Translations under genes and position numbers: made by a program
Part shown: piece by piece, positions 1 through 10,033 of the stretch
How the letters are laid out: every line of letters starts with the position of its first letter
How positions within the stretch are numbered: position 1 is the stretch's first letter
NCBI GenBank assembly: GCA_963796685.1
Contig: CAWCMR010000025.1
Coordinates: forward strand, 672,001 to 736,000
Source: an uncultured delta proteobacterium
Lineage (GTDB): Bacteria; Myxococcota_A; Polyangia; Fen-1088
Reading direction: 5' to 3'
DNA: 64,000 bases
Notes under the pieces: generated by a model
What the model was told of the DNA's origin: nothing
Seen by the model: the letters and a program-made list of their open reading frames with translations, nothing else
The model's database searches: none

Positions 1-466
1 CTACACCAGCCTGATGAACGTCGCGGCCCGATTCGAAAAGGCCGGCGCCGGGGCCCTGATTCTCTTCAATCGTTTGTTCGAGCCCGACATCGACGTCGAC
101 GCCGTGGCCAAGAAGGCGGGTTTCCGCCCCAGCGAATCGCACGACTCGCTGGTGGCCCTGCGCTGGATCGGTCTTCTGGCCAAGCGGAGCAAGGCCGATT
201 TGGTGGGCAGCACCGGCGTGAGCAGCGGCAAGGACGTCGCGCGTCTCATTCTGGCCGGCGCCAACTCCGTGCAAGCGGTGAGCGTGCTGCTCAAGAACCA
301 CGGCGCGGGCGTGCAGAAGATCCTGGGCGAGCTCGACGCTTGGATGACCGAGCACAAGTTCGCCAACCTGGCTGCCTTCCGTGGCAAGCTGGCCGGCGGC
401 AAGGACAGCGATGCCTGGTCCTACGAGCGTGGCCAGTACATCAAGGCCATCGTCGGGATAGAGTAG
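1..466 (+). CDS. Dihydroorotate dehydrogenase-like protein, C-terminal part (runs in from the window edge)
   Basis: GALILFNR, LRWIG, GSTGVSSGKDV, LAGANSVQ and terminal YERGQY motifs of FMN-binding DHOD-like proteins. Confidence 0.8.
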   Translation, partial: YTSLMNVAARFEKAGAGALILFNRLFEPDIDVDAVAKKAGFRPSESHDSLVALRWIGLLAKRSKADLVGSTGVSSGKDVARLILAGANSVQAVSVLLKNHGAGVQKILGELDAWMTEHKFANLAAFRGKLAGGKDSDAWSYERGQYIKAIVGIE

Positions 467-502
467 AGGGGAGATCGGAATTCCCCGACCTCCGGCGCCG
501 AT

Positions 503-1804
503 CTACGGAATCGGCGCGGAGGAAATGCAACAGCCGCTGACACACGACGCGCCCGAGGGGCAGCTCACGATGGCGCCCTCGGCGCCGATTTGGCCACAAG
601 GATACGAGTCGACCGGGCACGTGAGGGTGGTGCAGCAGCCGTTCAGGCAGCTCTCACCCTCGAGGCAGGAGGCATACCCTCCCCCTTCGGCCATGCCCTC
701 GCCGCAAGTCGCGGTGTTGTCGGGGCAGGTGGGTGGCGGCGTCGTGTTCCCTCCGGCGCAGAACACGATGCACGCCTCACCGCAGTCGCCGCCGGACTTG
801 TTCTGATCGCCGTCGTGAACGATGACCTGCAGGCGATACGAGTGCCCCGGCTGGAAGGTCACCCCCCACTTCACCTCCGCGCTCCAGCCTTCGTCCTTGA
901 TTCCCGATGGAACCGGGTCATTGATGCCGAGGTTCCAGTCGTTCTTCGCCGGATCCGCGTCGGGTGTCACCGACACGATCGCCGGCGAGGCGGTCTTGTC
1001 GACGGTGCGAACCGCGGACTTCCAGGAGCCGTAGACGGCGTTCGGATTGATAGGCCGCCCCCCCATCTGCCAATCGCCGGCGCGGCTCTGTGGATTCTGG
1101 GTCACGTCGGTCACGTACAACACCGGCCACAGGGGGCGCAACGAAGGATCGAGTCCGGTGTTGTCACCGGTCAAGGCGTTGGTTCCCGTTTGCGGATTGA
1201 GCACGCTGCTGGGGCTGGCTGGCAACACGGACACCGGGTAATCGGTGCTGGTGCTCCCTGTCGCGGTCTGCACCACGACCTGGCGCACGCCCAGGGTCAT
1301 CGCGTGCTCGTCGTTGTAAAGCAGGGTGACGATCCCGCCGGCTGCATCGATGGAAGGTCGGATAGCGCGCAGGACCTCGCTCTCGTTGAACGCGACGCTG
1401 GTAAGGGCAACGTCGCTGGCATAGGGATAGCCGCACCCCGTGACGATGGCACCGACCACGCCCGGCGCGCAGGTCACGCTGGCGCCGCCATCGCTGCCGC
1501 TGCCGGCTGCCGCGCCGCCACTGCCGCCCGCGCCGTTCTTTCCGGGGCCTCCGGGTCCACCCGGACCACCGGGACCGGCAGCCCCGCCATCGCCGGTGAC
1601 CACCCAGGTTCCTCCTTGGTCGCCGCCGAAACCTCCAAGGGTCCCGACTTGGACGTCCCCACCGCTTCCAAGAACCCCCCCGGCTCCGATGAAGACACCG
1701 GTTCCTCCCCCGCCGGGGGTCCCTCCGTCGCCAACGCTGCCCGAGCTGCAGGCGCACGCGAGTACCAAGTTGATCCCGATGAGCAGCTTGCTGATCTTCG
1801 ACAT
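503..1804 (-). CDS. Putative lipoprotein: Gly/Pro-rich linker, unknown core domain, Cys-rich tail
   Basis: Start MSKISKLLIG with lipobox-like LACAC; GGPGGP linker; core ending VHDGDQNKSGGD; two CxxxxxCxxGCC units at the C-terminus. Confidence 0.75.
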   Translation of the reverse strand: MSKISKLLIGINLVLACACSSGSVGDGGTPGGGGTGVFIGAGGVLGSGGDVQVGTLGGFGGDQGGTWVVTGDGGAAGPGGPGGPGGPGKNGAGGSGGAAAGSGSDGGASVTCAPGVVGAIVTGCGYPYASDVALTSVAFNESEVLRAIRPSIDAAGGIVTLLYNDEHAMTLGVRQVVVQTATGSTSTDYPVSVLPASPSSVLNPQTGTNALTGDNTGLDPSLRPLWPVLYVTDVTQNPQSRAGDWQMGGRPINPNAVYGSWKSAVRTVDKTASPAIVSVTPDADPAKNDWNLGINDPVPSGIKDEGWSAEVKWGVTFQPGHSYRLQVIVHDGDQNKSGGDCGEACIVFCAGGNTTPPPTCPDNTATCGEGMAEGGGYASCLEGESCLNGCCTTLTCPVDSYPCGQIGAEGAIVSCPSGASCVSGCCISSAPIP

Positions 1805-1919
1805 GACGATTCCCCTTCTGTCCATGTAGTGGCAAGGAGGATCGAAAAAGTAAGGTGAGCCGGCGCGTGCTCGCGCCCTGGCCAACTTGACAAATCGCGC
1901 CAGCACGAAGCGGAGTACC

Positions 1920-2882
1920 ATGGAACCTTCGATGCCTTTTCGTTCAGGTTGGGTGGCGATCCTCTGCGCGCTCGCTGGCTCGGCACAGGGTGCCACCTTG
2001 CGCGTGTCGGCCGAGCCGCCTCTTTCGGGAGAGCGCTTGGGCGATGCTTTGCGCAGCTATCTCGATGGCGCGGAGGTGACAGTCGAGCCACCGCCGGGTG
2101 CCACGGATGGCGCAAGCGCCGGGTCGCTCCAGCCCACGGCGCTGCTCATCACGTTGCGAAGAAGCCCCGGGGCCGGGGAAGACGCCGAGGTGGTGCTGGT
2201 CGACGGCGAGGAGACCATTGTCGCGCGTTTGCCGGGCGCGCTTCGCACCGAGGATCTCTACCGCGCGGCCGCCTTGAAGGTGCAGGCGCTCTTGCAACGA
2301 CGGAATGCGGCCATCCCTCGTGCAACGACGATGGGCGCGCTCGACGCGCGAGCCGAGCCTCAACCGTCATCGGACAGGACGCCTCTCTTGCTCGACGCGG
2401 ATCTCGCCGTGATGGCACCCAGCAGCGGCCCGTCACGCGAAGCCCTGCGCCTCGGGGCCGGTCTTCAGCTCGGCGAACGCTGGCGCCTGGGTCTCGGCGC
2501 CTACTTGGAGCCCCGGCAGTCCTCCGATTCCCAAGGAATCCACGTGACCTCATGGGAGATGCCCGTGTCCTTGTCATTGGGTTACGCCTGGCACGCCGGT
2601 ACCTGGCAAGGTTGGCTGGAGGCGGTGGGACACGTCGCGATTCGCAGGTTTTCCGCCGATGCCGCGGAAGTCGTTTCCACCACTGACACCACCTTGGTAC
2701 CCAGGGCAGGGGCGGCGTTGGCCGCCGCGGTCTCCATCGCGCCGGGTTTGCGTGCCCTCGCGCGGGCATCGGTGCTGGCCGTGCTCTCCGACGAGCGCTA
2801 CCACGTCGACGGCCAGGTGGTGTGGCCGGTCGCGCGCGCGCTCGTGCTGGTCGAGCTGGGACTTCAATACGGAGGCCGCTAG
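1920..2882 (+). CDS. Hypothetical exported protein, first gene of the ECF operon
   Basis: GGAG before ATG 1920; signal-peptide-like N-terminus; alternating beta-strand pattern ending ELGLQY; stop overlaps the next start. Confidence 0.7.
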   Translation: MEPSMPFRSGWVAILCALAGSAQGATLRVSAEPPLSGERLGDALRSYLDGAEVTVEPPPGATDGASAGSLQPTALLITLRRSPGAGEDAEVVLVDGEETIVARLPGALRTEDLYRAAALKVQALLQRRNAAIPRATTMGALDARAEPQPSSDRTPLLLDADLAVMAPSSGPSREALRLGAGLQLGERWRLGLGAYLEPRQSSDSQGIHVTSWEMPVSLSLGYAWHAGTWQGWLEAVGHVAIRRFSADAAEVVSTTDTTLVPRAGAALAAAVSIAPGLRALARASVLAVLSDERYHVDGQVVWPVARALVLVELGLQYGGR

Positions 2883-3559
2883 TGCCGCGAATTCCCGGTT
2901 TCTTGCCTGGCGACCTTACCTTTGCGGCTGACCTGTCCACATTACCGTATGTGGAGCCCCAGATGGACTTTCACGCCACCGGAGGCGAGGATGATCCGAG
3001 CGCTGCCCACGTGCGCCTGGCGCAGGCCGGAGATGCAGAGGGCTACAAGCAGCTCTTTCGCCTGCACGTGCGGCGGTTGCATCGTCTGGTGGCCCGCCTG
3101 GCTGGTCCTGGTTGCGATGTGGAGGATCTGGTGCAGACCATCTTCGTCGAGGCTTTTGCAGCGCTTCCCGGCTTTCGCAGCGATTCGTCTTTCTTCACCT
3201 GGCTCGGGCGCATCGCCATCCGCATCACGCTGCGCCTCTCCAAGCAATCGCGCTATCGGCCCTTGCCAGTCGATGACGGACGGGATGCCGTCGTGGGGAT
3301 TTCGCCAGAGGGCGCCTCCGACGCGCGGCGCGCGCTGGCGCGCTTCGACGCTATTCTCGACTCGCTCTCGGACAAGCGGCGCGCGGCTTTCGTGCTGCAC
3401 GTTCTGCAAGGCCATAGCCTGGAGGAAGTGGCCGCACTGCTCGATGCCAAGGTCGGCGCCATCAAGGTTCGCGTGCATGATGCGCGCGTGGAAATCGAAC
3501 GCCAGGCGAGGCGCGATCCCTACCTTGCGCGCTACCTGCAATGGGAGATCAGACCATGA
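2882..3559 (+). CDS. ECF RNA polymerase sigma factor
   Basis: Region 2 (DVEDLVQTIF, FFTWLGRIA) and region 4 (AFVLHVLQGHSLEEVA, IKVRVHDAR); GTG 2882 preceded by GGAGG; start uncertain. Confidence 0.9.
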   Translation: MPRIPGFLPGDLTFAADLSTLPYVEPQMDFHATGGEDDPSAAHVRLAQAGDAEGYKQLFRLHVRRLHRLVARLAGPGCDVEDLVQTIFVEAFAALPGFRSDSSFFTWLGRIAIRITLRLSKQSRYRPLPVDDGRDAVVGISPEGASDARRALARFDAILDSLSDKRRAAFVLHVLQGHSLEEVAALLDAKVGAIKVRVHDARVEIERQARRDPYLARYLQWEIRP

Positions 3560-4902
3560 ATGCGTGTAAGAAGACGCAGTCCTTGCTGTTCGAGAAAGCC
3601 GACGGCCGGCTTTCGGCGGACGTGTGCGCCGAGATGGAGTCCCACCTGGCCATCTGTCCCCACTGCAAGCAAACCTTCGCGGCGTGGACCTCTGCCCTGC
3701 CGCGTCTGCGTAGCCTGGACGCCGAGGAGATCTCCGCCGTCAGCCTGCGCCGCATGGAGAGCGAGATCTTGCGCGATCTGCACGGCAGCGTCCGGCCCCG
3801 TTCGCGCCGCAGGCTGGTTTTCGCGCTGGCTGCCGCCCTGATCCTGGCCGCAGGCGCCGGGCTGCTGGCGATCCGATCCGCGCCGCCGCAGCCGTTCGCA
3901 CGCATTCAGAGCCTGTGGGGCAAGGTCACGCTTTCGGGCGTAGCCATGAGCAAGGGCGCGACCGTGGGGCCAGGTGGGGTGCTCGAAATCACCTCGGAGG
4001 GCGAGGCCGACTTCCTCATCGGCCGGGGCGCGGAAGCGCGACTGATGGGACCTGGGCGCGTGGCCTTCGACGGCACGACCAAGGCTCCTCGGCTTCGTCT
4101 CGACAGCGGTCGCGTCTTCGTGCAAGTGGCCCATCGGCAACCGGATGAGAGTTTCCGCGTGACCACCGCGGATGGCCGGGTGGAGGTGACCGGCACGCGC
4201 TTCGTGGTGGGGTACGACGCGCAGGGATCCTACGTCCACGTGGACGAGGGCCAGGTGCTGGCCTATCGCCAGGGCGAGCCCGAGCCATGGCCAGTCGGAT
4301 CCGGCTCGACCTTCTCGCTCAAAGCCGAAAAACCGCCGGGGGGGAACCCGCTGCCCGCCGTGGAGCCGGTGCCCGACGCGCGGGCATGCGCGGGGTCGGC
4401 CTGCGCCGAGGAGGGCGCGCGCGCGCGCAAGGCCATGCGCGCGGGCAATCCCTTGCGCGCGGTCAACATCGTGGACGAGACGCTGGCCAAGCTCGAAGAC
4501 TGCTCGCCGGCGTCGCGCTGTCTCGACGAGCTTGGCTATCTGCGTGCCGAGGCCTTGCGCCAGGCCGGCCGCCTGGACGGCGCGATCGCGGCCTACAAAT
4601 CGCTCAATCGCGCCGGGGCAACGCGAGCCATGCGACAGAACGCGCTCTACGCCGCGGCCCAGTTGGAGCGCAAGCTCGGCCGGAACGAGGACGCGCGACA
4701 AAGCCTGGAACGCGCCTACACCGCCTATCCTGACGGCGCGCTTTCCGAGGAGGCCCTGGCCGGGCTCTTGGATGTGCAGCAAGCCACGGGCGCGGGCGCG
4801 CGGGCCGCCGCCGAGCGATACCTGGCTCGCTTTCCGCAGGGGATCTCGGCGGCCCGGGCTCGGCGTATCCTGTCGGGTGCGCCATCGGCTCGGCCCCGCT
4901 GA
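3556..4902 (+). CDS. Anti-sigma factor: zinc-finger, TM helix, FecR domain, TPR-like C-terminus
   Basis: HLAICPHC zinc motif, hydrophobic helix, FecR motif VEVTGTRFVV...VDEGQV; ATGA overlap with the sigma stop. Confidence 0.85.
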   Translation: MNACKKTQSLLFEKADGRLSADVCAEMESHLAICPHCKQTFAAWTSALPRLRSLDAEEISAVSLRRMESEILRDLHGSVRPRSRRRLVFALAAALILAAGAGLLAIRSAPPQPFARIQSLWGKVTLSGVAMSKGATVGPGGVLEITSEGEADFLIGRGAEARLMGPGRVAFDGTTKAPRLRLDSGRVFVQVAHRQPDESFRVTTADGRVEVTGTRFVVGYDAQGSYVHVDEGQVLAYRQGEPEPWPVGSGSTFSLKAEKPPGGNPLPAVEPVPDARACAGSACAEEGARARKAMRAGNPLRAVNIVDETLAKLEDCSPASRCLDELGYLRAEALRQAGRLDGAIAAYKSLNRAGATRAMRQNALYAAAQLERKLGRNEDARQSLERAYTAYPDGALSEEALAGLLDVQQATGAGARAAAERYLARFPQGISAARARRILSGAPSARPR

Positions 4903-6083
4903 TGTCCTCCTGCTCGTCCTTTCGAGTCGTCGCTTCCGGCGCGCACAGCGCGACGATCTTCGCGCTGTTGGCCGGGCTCGTGGCCCCCACGGGTTGCGTT
5001 CGCGACGTGGAGCTGGCGAGCGCGCCCGTGCTCGTCCATTGCGCAGGCGACGGTGAGACCTGCGCAAGCGACGACCTGTGCTGCTCGGGCACCTGTGCGG
5101 CGGGGGCCTGTGCTCACACGCTTTGCCTCGACGAGGGCTTGGCCTGCCAGCGCCCCGAAGACTGCTGCTCGTACCTTTGTCAGCAGGACGGCAGCGGGCA
5201 GCTTTCCTGCGCCTCGGACCTGGGCTGCGCCGGCCCGGCAATGCCGTGCGGCCGGGCAGCGGCATGCTGTGGCCTCGGCTGCGCCGAGACCGGCACCTGC
5301 GGAGGAACCCTCTGTGCCGAAAGCGGCGCGGCCTGCACCGTGGCCAGCGATTGCTGTGGTGGACGCTGCGACGCCGGCAAGTGCGCGGCGCCCGGGCCAG
5401 GCTGTCATGTGGCGGGCGAAGCCTGTGCCAGCGGGGATGAGTGTTGTGGCGGCCAATGTGGATCGGTCCTCGAGGGCGTCAGCGGATGTCTTCTCTTGAC
5501 CGGTTGTCGGGTGGCCGGCGAAACCTGCGGCAACGCCACCGATTGCTGCTCGGGATTGTGCCAAGTGGGCGCCGATGGTGCGGCCAACTGCAAGGCCCTC
5601 CCTGGTTGCAAAATCATCTCAGAGCGATGCGCGACGGCCAAGGACTGCTGTTCGGGCGCGTGCGGAACGGACGGGCGCTGCCAGGGCGCCGGCGGATGTT
5701 TTCCAAAGGACGAGCGCTGCCAATCCAACGACGATTGCTGCTCGGGTGCCTGCCACACGGTCCCTGAAGGCGTTCTCCGCTGCGCGGACGTCCCGGGTTG
5801 CAAGGCCGCCGGGGTATCGTGCAAGAAATCCGCCGAGTGCTGCGATACCGCTGCCGTGTGCAATGGCGACGGGCGTTGCCAGGTGACCAGCGTCTGTCGA
5901 GCCGGAGAGCGACCGTGCTCCCTGCCCGCCGATTGTTGCTCGGGCGTGTGCACGCCCAGCCTCACGGGCAAGCTGGCCTGCCGCGACTCATGCGCCCCCG
6001 CGGGCGCCCCGTGTACGGGCGCGGCCGACTGCTGCACGGGAAGCTGCGGCGGCTTTCCGGCGCGCTGCCTGCCGGTTCCGTAG
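4902..6083 (+). CDS. Cys-rich repeat lipoprotein
   Basis: Lipobox-like PTGC followed by about ten repeats of C-x3-G-x2-C-x5-CC-x3-C; TGATG coupling. Confidence 0.85.
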   Translation: MSSCSSFRVVASGAHSATIFALLAGLVAPTGCVRDVELASAPVLVHCAGDGETCASDDLCCSGTCAAGACAHTLCLDEGLACQRPEDCCSYLCQQDGSGQLSCASDLGCAGPAMPCGRAAACCGLGCAETGTCGGTLCAESGAACTVASDCCGGRCDAGKCAAPGPGCHVAGEACASGDECCGGQCGSVLEGVSGCLLLTGCRVAGETCGNATDCCSGLCQVGADGAANCKALPGCKIISERCATAKDCCSGACGTDGRCQGAGGCFPKDERCQSNDDCCSGACHTVPEGVLRCADVPGCKAAGVSCKKSAECCDTAAVCNGDGRCQVTSVCRAGERPCSLPADCCSGVCTPSLTGKLACRDSCAPAGAPCTGAADCCTGSCGGFPARCLPVP

Positions 6084-6106
6084 CGATTCTAGGTGGCAGC
6101 CAATCT
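5141..6106 (+). repeat. Copy 1 of a ~960 bp imperfect direct repeat (3' part of the Cys-rich gene plus the last codons of malQ)
   Basis: Aligns to 13841-14797 at offset 8700 then 8691; both copies end tagcgattctaggtggcagccaatct. Confidence 0.95.
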
Positions 6107-6514
6107 GCCGACCAGTTGACACTCGACCATCTGGCCAATGCCTCCGTGCAAGGCCTGGTCGCGACGGGGCCGCGCCGAGGCCGCCGCGTGTTGCGTCTGG
6201 GAGGTCGCGGCGAGGATGCCGAGGCCGCAATCATAGGCAAGCGATGCGCGGAGGTCGCGGGTTTCAATGTGCACGCGAACGTACGCGTGGGTGCCAACGA
6301 TCGCGACGGCCTCGAACACTTGTGTCGCTACCTTGCCAGGCCGCCCATTGCCAACGACCGCCTACAAGAACTGCCCGACGGCCGGCTTGCCTTGCGCTTC
6401 AAGCGAGTTTGGCGGAACGGCACGACGCAGATCGTATTCACGCCGCACGAGCTGATAGAGAAGCTGATCCCGTTGATTCCCCGACCTCGTTGCCATCTTG
6501 TCCGATAACACGGG
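6107..6514 (+). pseudogene. IS91/ISCR-type rolling-circle transposase, internal fragment
   Basis: GFNVHANVRV...DRDGLEHLCRYLARPP...FTPHELIEKL...PRPRCHLVR*HG; no 5' half; the expected RYHG has TAA at the Tyr and is followed by the RIT end. Confidence 0.88.
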
Positions 6515-6646
6515 TTATGCAGAGCACCGCATAAGCCATGTTATGCGGAGCGCTCGATTATGCGGAGTGCCGCGATGTGCCCGTCACGATCCCTGCGTGT
6601 CGGCGGGTAGTTGACCGCGTGGCGCGCCCTAGACGGCTCAGCATAA
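6515..6646. repeat. Left end of the outer RIT element
   Basis: Palindrome TTATGC-agagcacc-GCATAA at 6515-6534; TTATGCGGAG at 6541 and 6558 (17 bp period); inverted CTCAGCATAA at 6637-6646. Confidence 0.85.
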
Positions 6647-6705
6647 CGGAGGTGTCCTCCTCTCAGGGCCGGGATGATCCCGACCCGTCCACCGAGGAGG
6701 AAACA

Positions 6706-7947
6706 ATGTTGGAGTACTTTCTGCGATCGGCGTACTGGCTCGCGCGAGCTCGATCGAGTCCCGTTGGGTCGTATCTCGACGGCTTCGCCACTGCTCTACG
6801 CGAGATCGGCTACTGCAAGCGGATTGGCACATGGTGCATCACCTACGCCGTGCATCTCGGCATTTGGGCCACTGCTGAGGACGTGCGAATCGGGGATTTG
6901 GACGAGGAAACTTTGAGCGCATTCTTGGCGCACCTGTCTCGATGCCGTTGCCCCGGAAACCGCGCCGGTTTTCATGCAGTCGCCCGTCCGCGCACGTGGG
7001 TCTTCGTGCAGTACTTGCGCACAGTGGGGGTCGTTGCGGTTCCGGGGCAGCAGGCGATAGCAACACCGGATCTGGTGACGGGGTTTTGCGAGTGGATGCG
7101 GCGCCAGCGTGGCGCCACAGATACGACCTTGCGCCACTACAGGCGCGTTGCCATCGCACTCCTGGAACACCTCGGTGACGACCCCGCTCGCTACGGGGCG
7201 GGCGTGCTTCGAGCGGCGGTGCGTGAGGTAGTCGGTGGACATGGCGCCGCAACGGCGAAGCAAGTTACGACCGTCGCACGCGCATTTCTGCGCTACCTCG
7301 CACTGGAGGGACGGTGCCGACCTGGTCTTGATGCGGCCGTCCTGCCAGTGGCGAGTTGGAGTTTGGATTCGCTGCCGAGGTACGTGTCCGCCGAAGTCGT
7401 GCAGCGGATCATCGACGCGTGCGATTCGAGTCGACCGGACGGTGCGCGCGACCGCGCCATCCTGCTGCTCCTCGCCCGGCTCGGACTACGGGGCGGCGAC
7501 ATCGTCCGGATGCGCCTAAGCGACATCGACTGGGCAAACGCTCGCGTGCAGGTCGCGGGCAAGGGGCGCCGCGAGGTGCGGCTGCCGCTCCCCCAGGAAG
7601 TCGGAGATGCGATCCTCGCCTACTTGCGCGCCCGGCGCGCTGTTGTCGGATGTGACCGGGTTTTTCTGAGATCCCGTGCACCGTGGCGGCCGTTGGCGGA
7701 AAGTTCCTGCGTTTCCTGCATCGTCAAGCGCGCCATCGCCCGTGCGGGCGCATCCACCCCGACCCGGGGCGCTCATCTACTGCGTCACTCTGCCGCGACG
7801 GCGATGCTACGTGAAGGCATCTCCCTTCCTTCGATCGGAATAGTGCTCCGGCACCGATCTGTCGAGACGACCTCCCACTACGCCAAGGTCGATGTGGAGC
7901 TTCTGCGTTCAGTGGCGCAGCCGTGGATCGGAGGGGCGTCATGCTGA
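6706..7947 (+). CDS. Tyrosine recombinase, RitA-type (outer RIT)
   Basis: RDRAILLLLARLGLR, GKGRR, HLLRHS, LRH...TTSHYAKVD; GAGGAGG ribosome-binding site. Confidence 0.92.
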   Translation: MLEYFLRSAYWLARARSSPVGSYLDGFATALREIGYCKRIGTWCITYAVHLGIWATAEDVRIGDLDEETLSAFLAHLSRCRCPGNRAGFHAVARPRTWVFVQYLRTVGVVAVPGQQAIATPDLVTGFCEWMRRQRGATDTTLRHYRRVAIALLEHLGDDPARYGAGVLRAAVREVVGGHGAATAKQVTTVARAFLRYLALEGRCRPGLDAAVLPVASWSLDSLPRYVSAEVVQRIIDACDSSRPDGARDRAILLLLARLGLRGGDIVRMRLSDIDWANARVQVAGKGRREVRLPLPQEVGDAILAYLRARRAVVGCDRVFLRSRAPWRPLAESSCVSCIVKRAIARAGASTPTRGAHLLRHSAATAMLREGISLPSIGIVLRHRSVETTSHYAKVDVELLRSVAQPWIGGASC

Positions 7948-8660
7948 TGACACTCATCGATACCTGGCTGGCCACGCGGCGAGCAAGCGGTTTCGCGCTC
8001 AGAAAATACGAGCGGCACCTGCGTCGATTCGCCGAGTTCGCCGCCGCCCGCGGCGAGGACCACGTTCGCGCCGAAACCGCCCTCGCGTGGGCATCGCACG
8101 CGGCCACACCTGGCCAGCGGTGCCGGCTCTTCCAGCGGGTCGTTCAACTCGCCCGCTATCTCCACGCCGAAGACCCCCGCCACGAGATTCCCCCGGATCG
8201 CCACTTCTCGGGAAAGCGGCATCGGCCGGTTCCGTACATCTACACCCCGGACGAAACGCGCCGGCTCGTCGAGGTCGCAGCGCGGCTCGGACCAGCAAAG
8301 TCGCTCCGGCCGCTCACCGTGAGCACGATGCTGGCGCTGCTCTTTGCGACAGGGCTACGCATCTCAGAAGCACTCGCCTTGCGCATGGCTGACGTGACAT
8401 CGGACGGCCTGGTCATCCGCAAGACCAAGTTCGGCAAGACGCGTCTGGTCCCGCTCCATCCCTCGGCGCAGAGCGGGATCAAGCAGTATCTGGACCGCCG
8501 ACGTGCAGTGGCCGGCAGCGACGACCACGTGTTCGTGAGCATCAAAGGCACGCGTCTTTCCTACGGCGGCTTTCGCAAGGCATGGCTCACGGTGCTCCGG
8601 AAAGCTGGCCTGCCGGCGCGGTCGGGAGGACGCAAACCGCGCGTGCACGACATCCGGCAT
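7941..8660 (+). pseudogene. Tyrosine recombinase, RitB-type, truncated at HDIRH by the inner RIT
   Basis: PYIYT, TGLRISEAL, KTKFGKTRLVPLH; homology stops at CGG CAT (8655-8660), where the inner inverted repeat begins. Confidence 0.9.
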
Positions 8661-8687
8661 TATGCCGAGTCCCCGGTTATGCCGAGT
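8655..8687 (+). repeat. Inner RIT left inverted repeat (33 bp)
   Basis: cggcattatgccgagtccccggttatgccgagt, the exact reverse complement of 12026-12058. Confidence 0.95.
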
Positions 8688-8800
8688 GAGCCTCTCGATC
8701 TGGCGCGATCAACGGCGATTTCCTCGGCAGGTGGGCTTGCGGACTCGGCATAACCAGGGCGTCGTCGTCTCCTTCTGGCCACCGGGCCGAAGGAGGACAC

Positions 8801-10033
8801 ATGCCCCGGATGCACGACGATTTTCTGAAATGGCAACGACTGCGCGCTGGCCCCTTGGGTCCGCACCTCGACACGTTTGCAAAAACGCTCACTGAGAGGG
8901 GATATCCGCCTGCGACCGTGGCGTGCAAGGTGCGCCTGGCAGCGAAGTTCGGAGACTGGCTTGGACGGCGAGGACTGACTGTCGAGGAGGTCGACGAGCA
9001 GGCCGTAGCCCGCTTTGTCCGGCGCCATCCCTGCGTACCCCGGCGTGGAGACGCAGCGACATTGCGTGATGTCCTTGAACGGGTCCGTTCCGCCGGTCTT
9101 GCGCCGCCAGCGCCCGTCAAGGTCGATGACACTGCGATCGGGCGGATCGTGAGTGAGTTCGGCCGGTATCTGTTGGTGGACCGCGGCTTGTCCGTCTTGA
9201 CTCAGATCAACTACCTGCCCATTGTCCGCTCGTTCCTCCTGGAGCGGTTCGACGGCAGGAGGGTGCACCTCAATGCGCTCGGGCCCCAGGATGCGGGTGA
9301 ATTTCTGGTCCGGCATGTTCACGTGGTCCATCCAAAGAGAGCCGCTCTGATGGTTACCGCCCTACGCGGTTTTCTGCGGTGGGTGCACGTGAAAAGAGCC
9401 CTGGCTGCAGACCTCGCGGCCACGGTTCCCGCGGTCGCCTGCTGGCGTTTCTCAACGGTGCCGAAATCGATCCCCGCGCGCGACGTCGAGCATCTGTTGC
9501 GCCGCTGTCGACGAAGAAACTCCGAAGCCGGCCTGCGCGACCACGCGGTCATTATGCTGATGGCACGACTCGGCCTCCGCGGTGGAGAAGTCGTGAGCCT
9601 GGATCTGGCAGACTTCGACTGGGCCGCAGGCACGTTGCGGGTCCACGGCAAGGGTGGGCGGCAAGACGTCCTCCCGTTGCCGTCCGATGTCGGCAAGGCC
9701 GTCGCCCGGTACTTGCGCCATGGCCGCCCAGCATGCTCGTGCCGGAGAGTCTTCGTCCGCGCGAGAGCGCCGCGGCGTGGCTTCGCAACCACGGGCGCGG
9801 TCTGTACGATCGTGAAGCGAGCGCTGGAACGCGCCGAACTGGACCCACCACGCAAAGGCGGGCACATCCTCCGCCATGCGCTCGCCTGCTCGATGCTGCG
9901 CCGAGGAGCGACCCTTACCGAGATCGGGCAGGTCCTGCGACACCGTCGAGCCGATACGACGACGATTTACGCGAAGGTAGACTTCCATGCGCTACGTGCG
10001 CTCGCTCCTGCATGGCCAGGAGGCAGGCGATGA
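8801..10033 (+). CDS. Tyrosine recombinase RitA (inner RIT)
   Basis: RDHAVIMLMARLGLR, HILRHA, TTTIYAKVD; AGGAGG ribosome-binding site. Confidence 0.93.
   Translation: MPRMHDDFLKWQRLRAGPLGPHLDTFAKTLTERGYPPATVACKVRLAAKFGDWLGRRGLTVEEVDEQAVARFVRRHPCVPRRGDAATLRDVLERVRSAGLAPPAPVKVDDTAIGRIVSEFGRYLLVDRGLSVLTQINYLPIVRSFLLERFDGRRVHLNALGPQDAGEFLVRHVHVVHPKRAALMVTALRGFLRWVHVKRALAADLAATVPAVACWRFSTVPKSIPARDVEHLLRRCRRRNSEAGLRDHAVIMLMARLGLRGGEVVSLDLADFDWAAGTLRVHGKGGRQDVLPLPSDVGKAVARYLRHGRPACSCRRVFVRARAPRRGFATTGAVCTIVKRALERAELDPPRKGGHILRHALACSMLRRGATLTEIGQVLRHRRADTTTIYAKVDFHALRALAPAWPGGRR

Noticed and set aside
8655-8753. TTATGCCGAG repeats as a CRISPR array
   Set aside because: Short boxes with inverted partners and no unique spacers or cas genes; explained as RIT ends.
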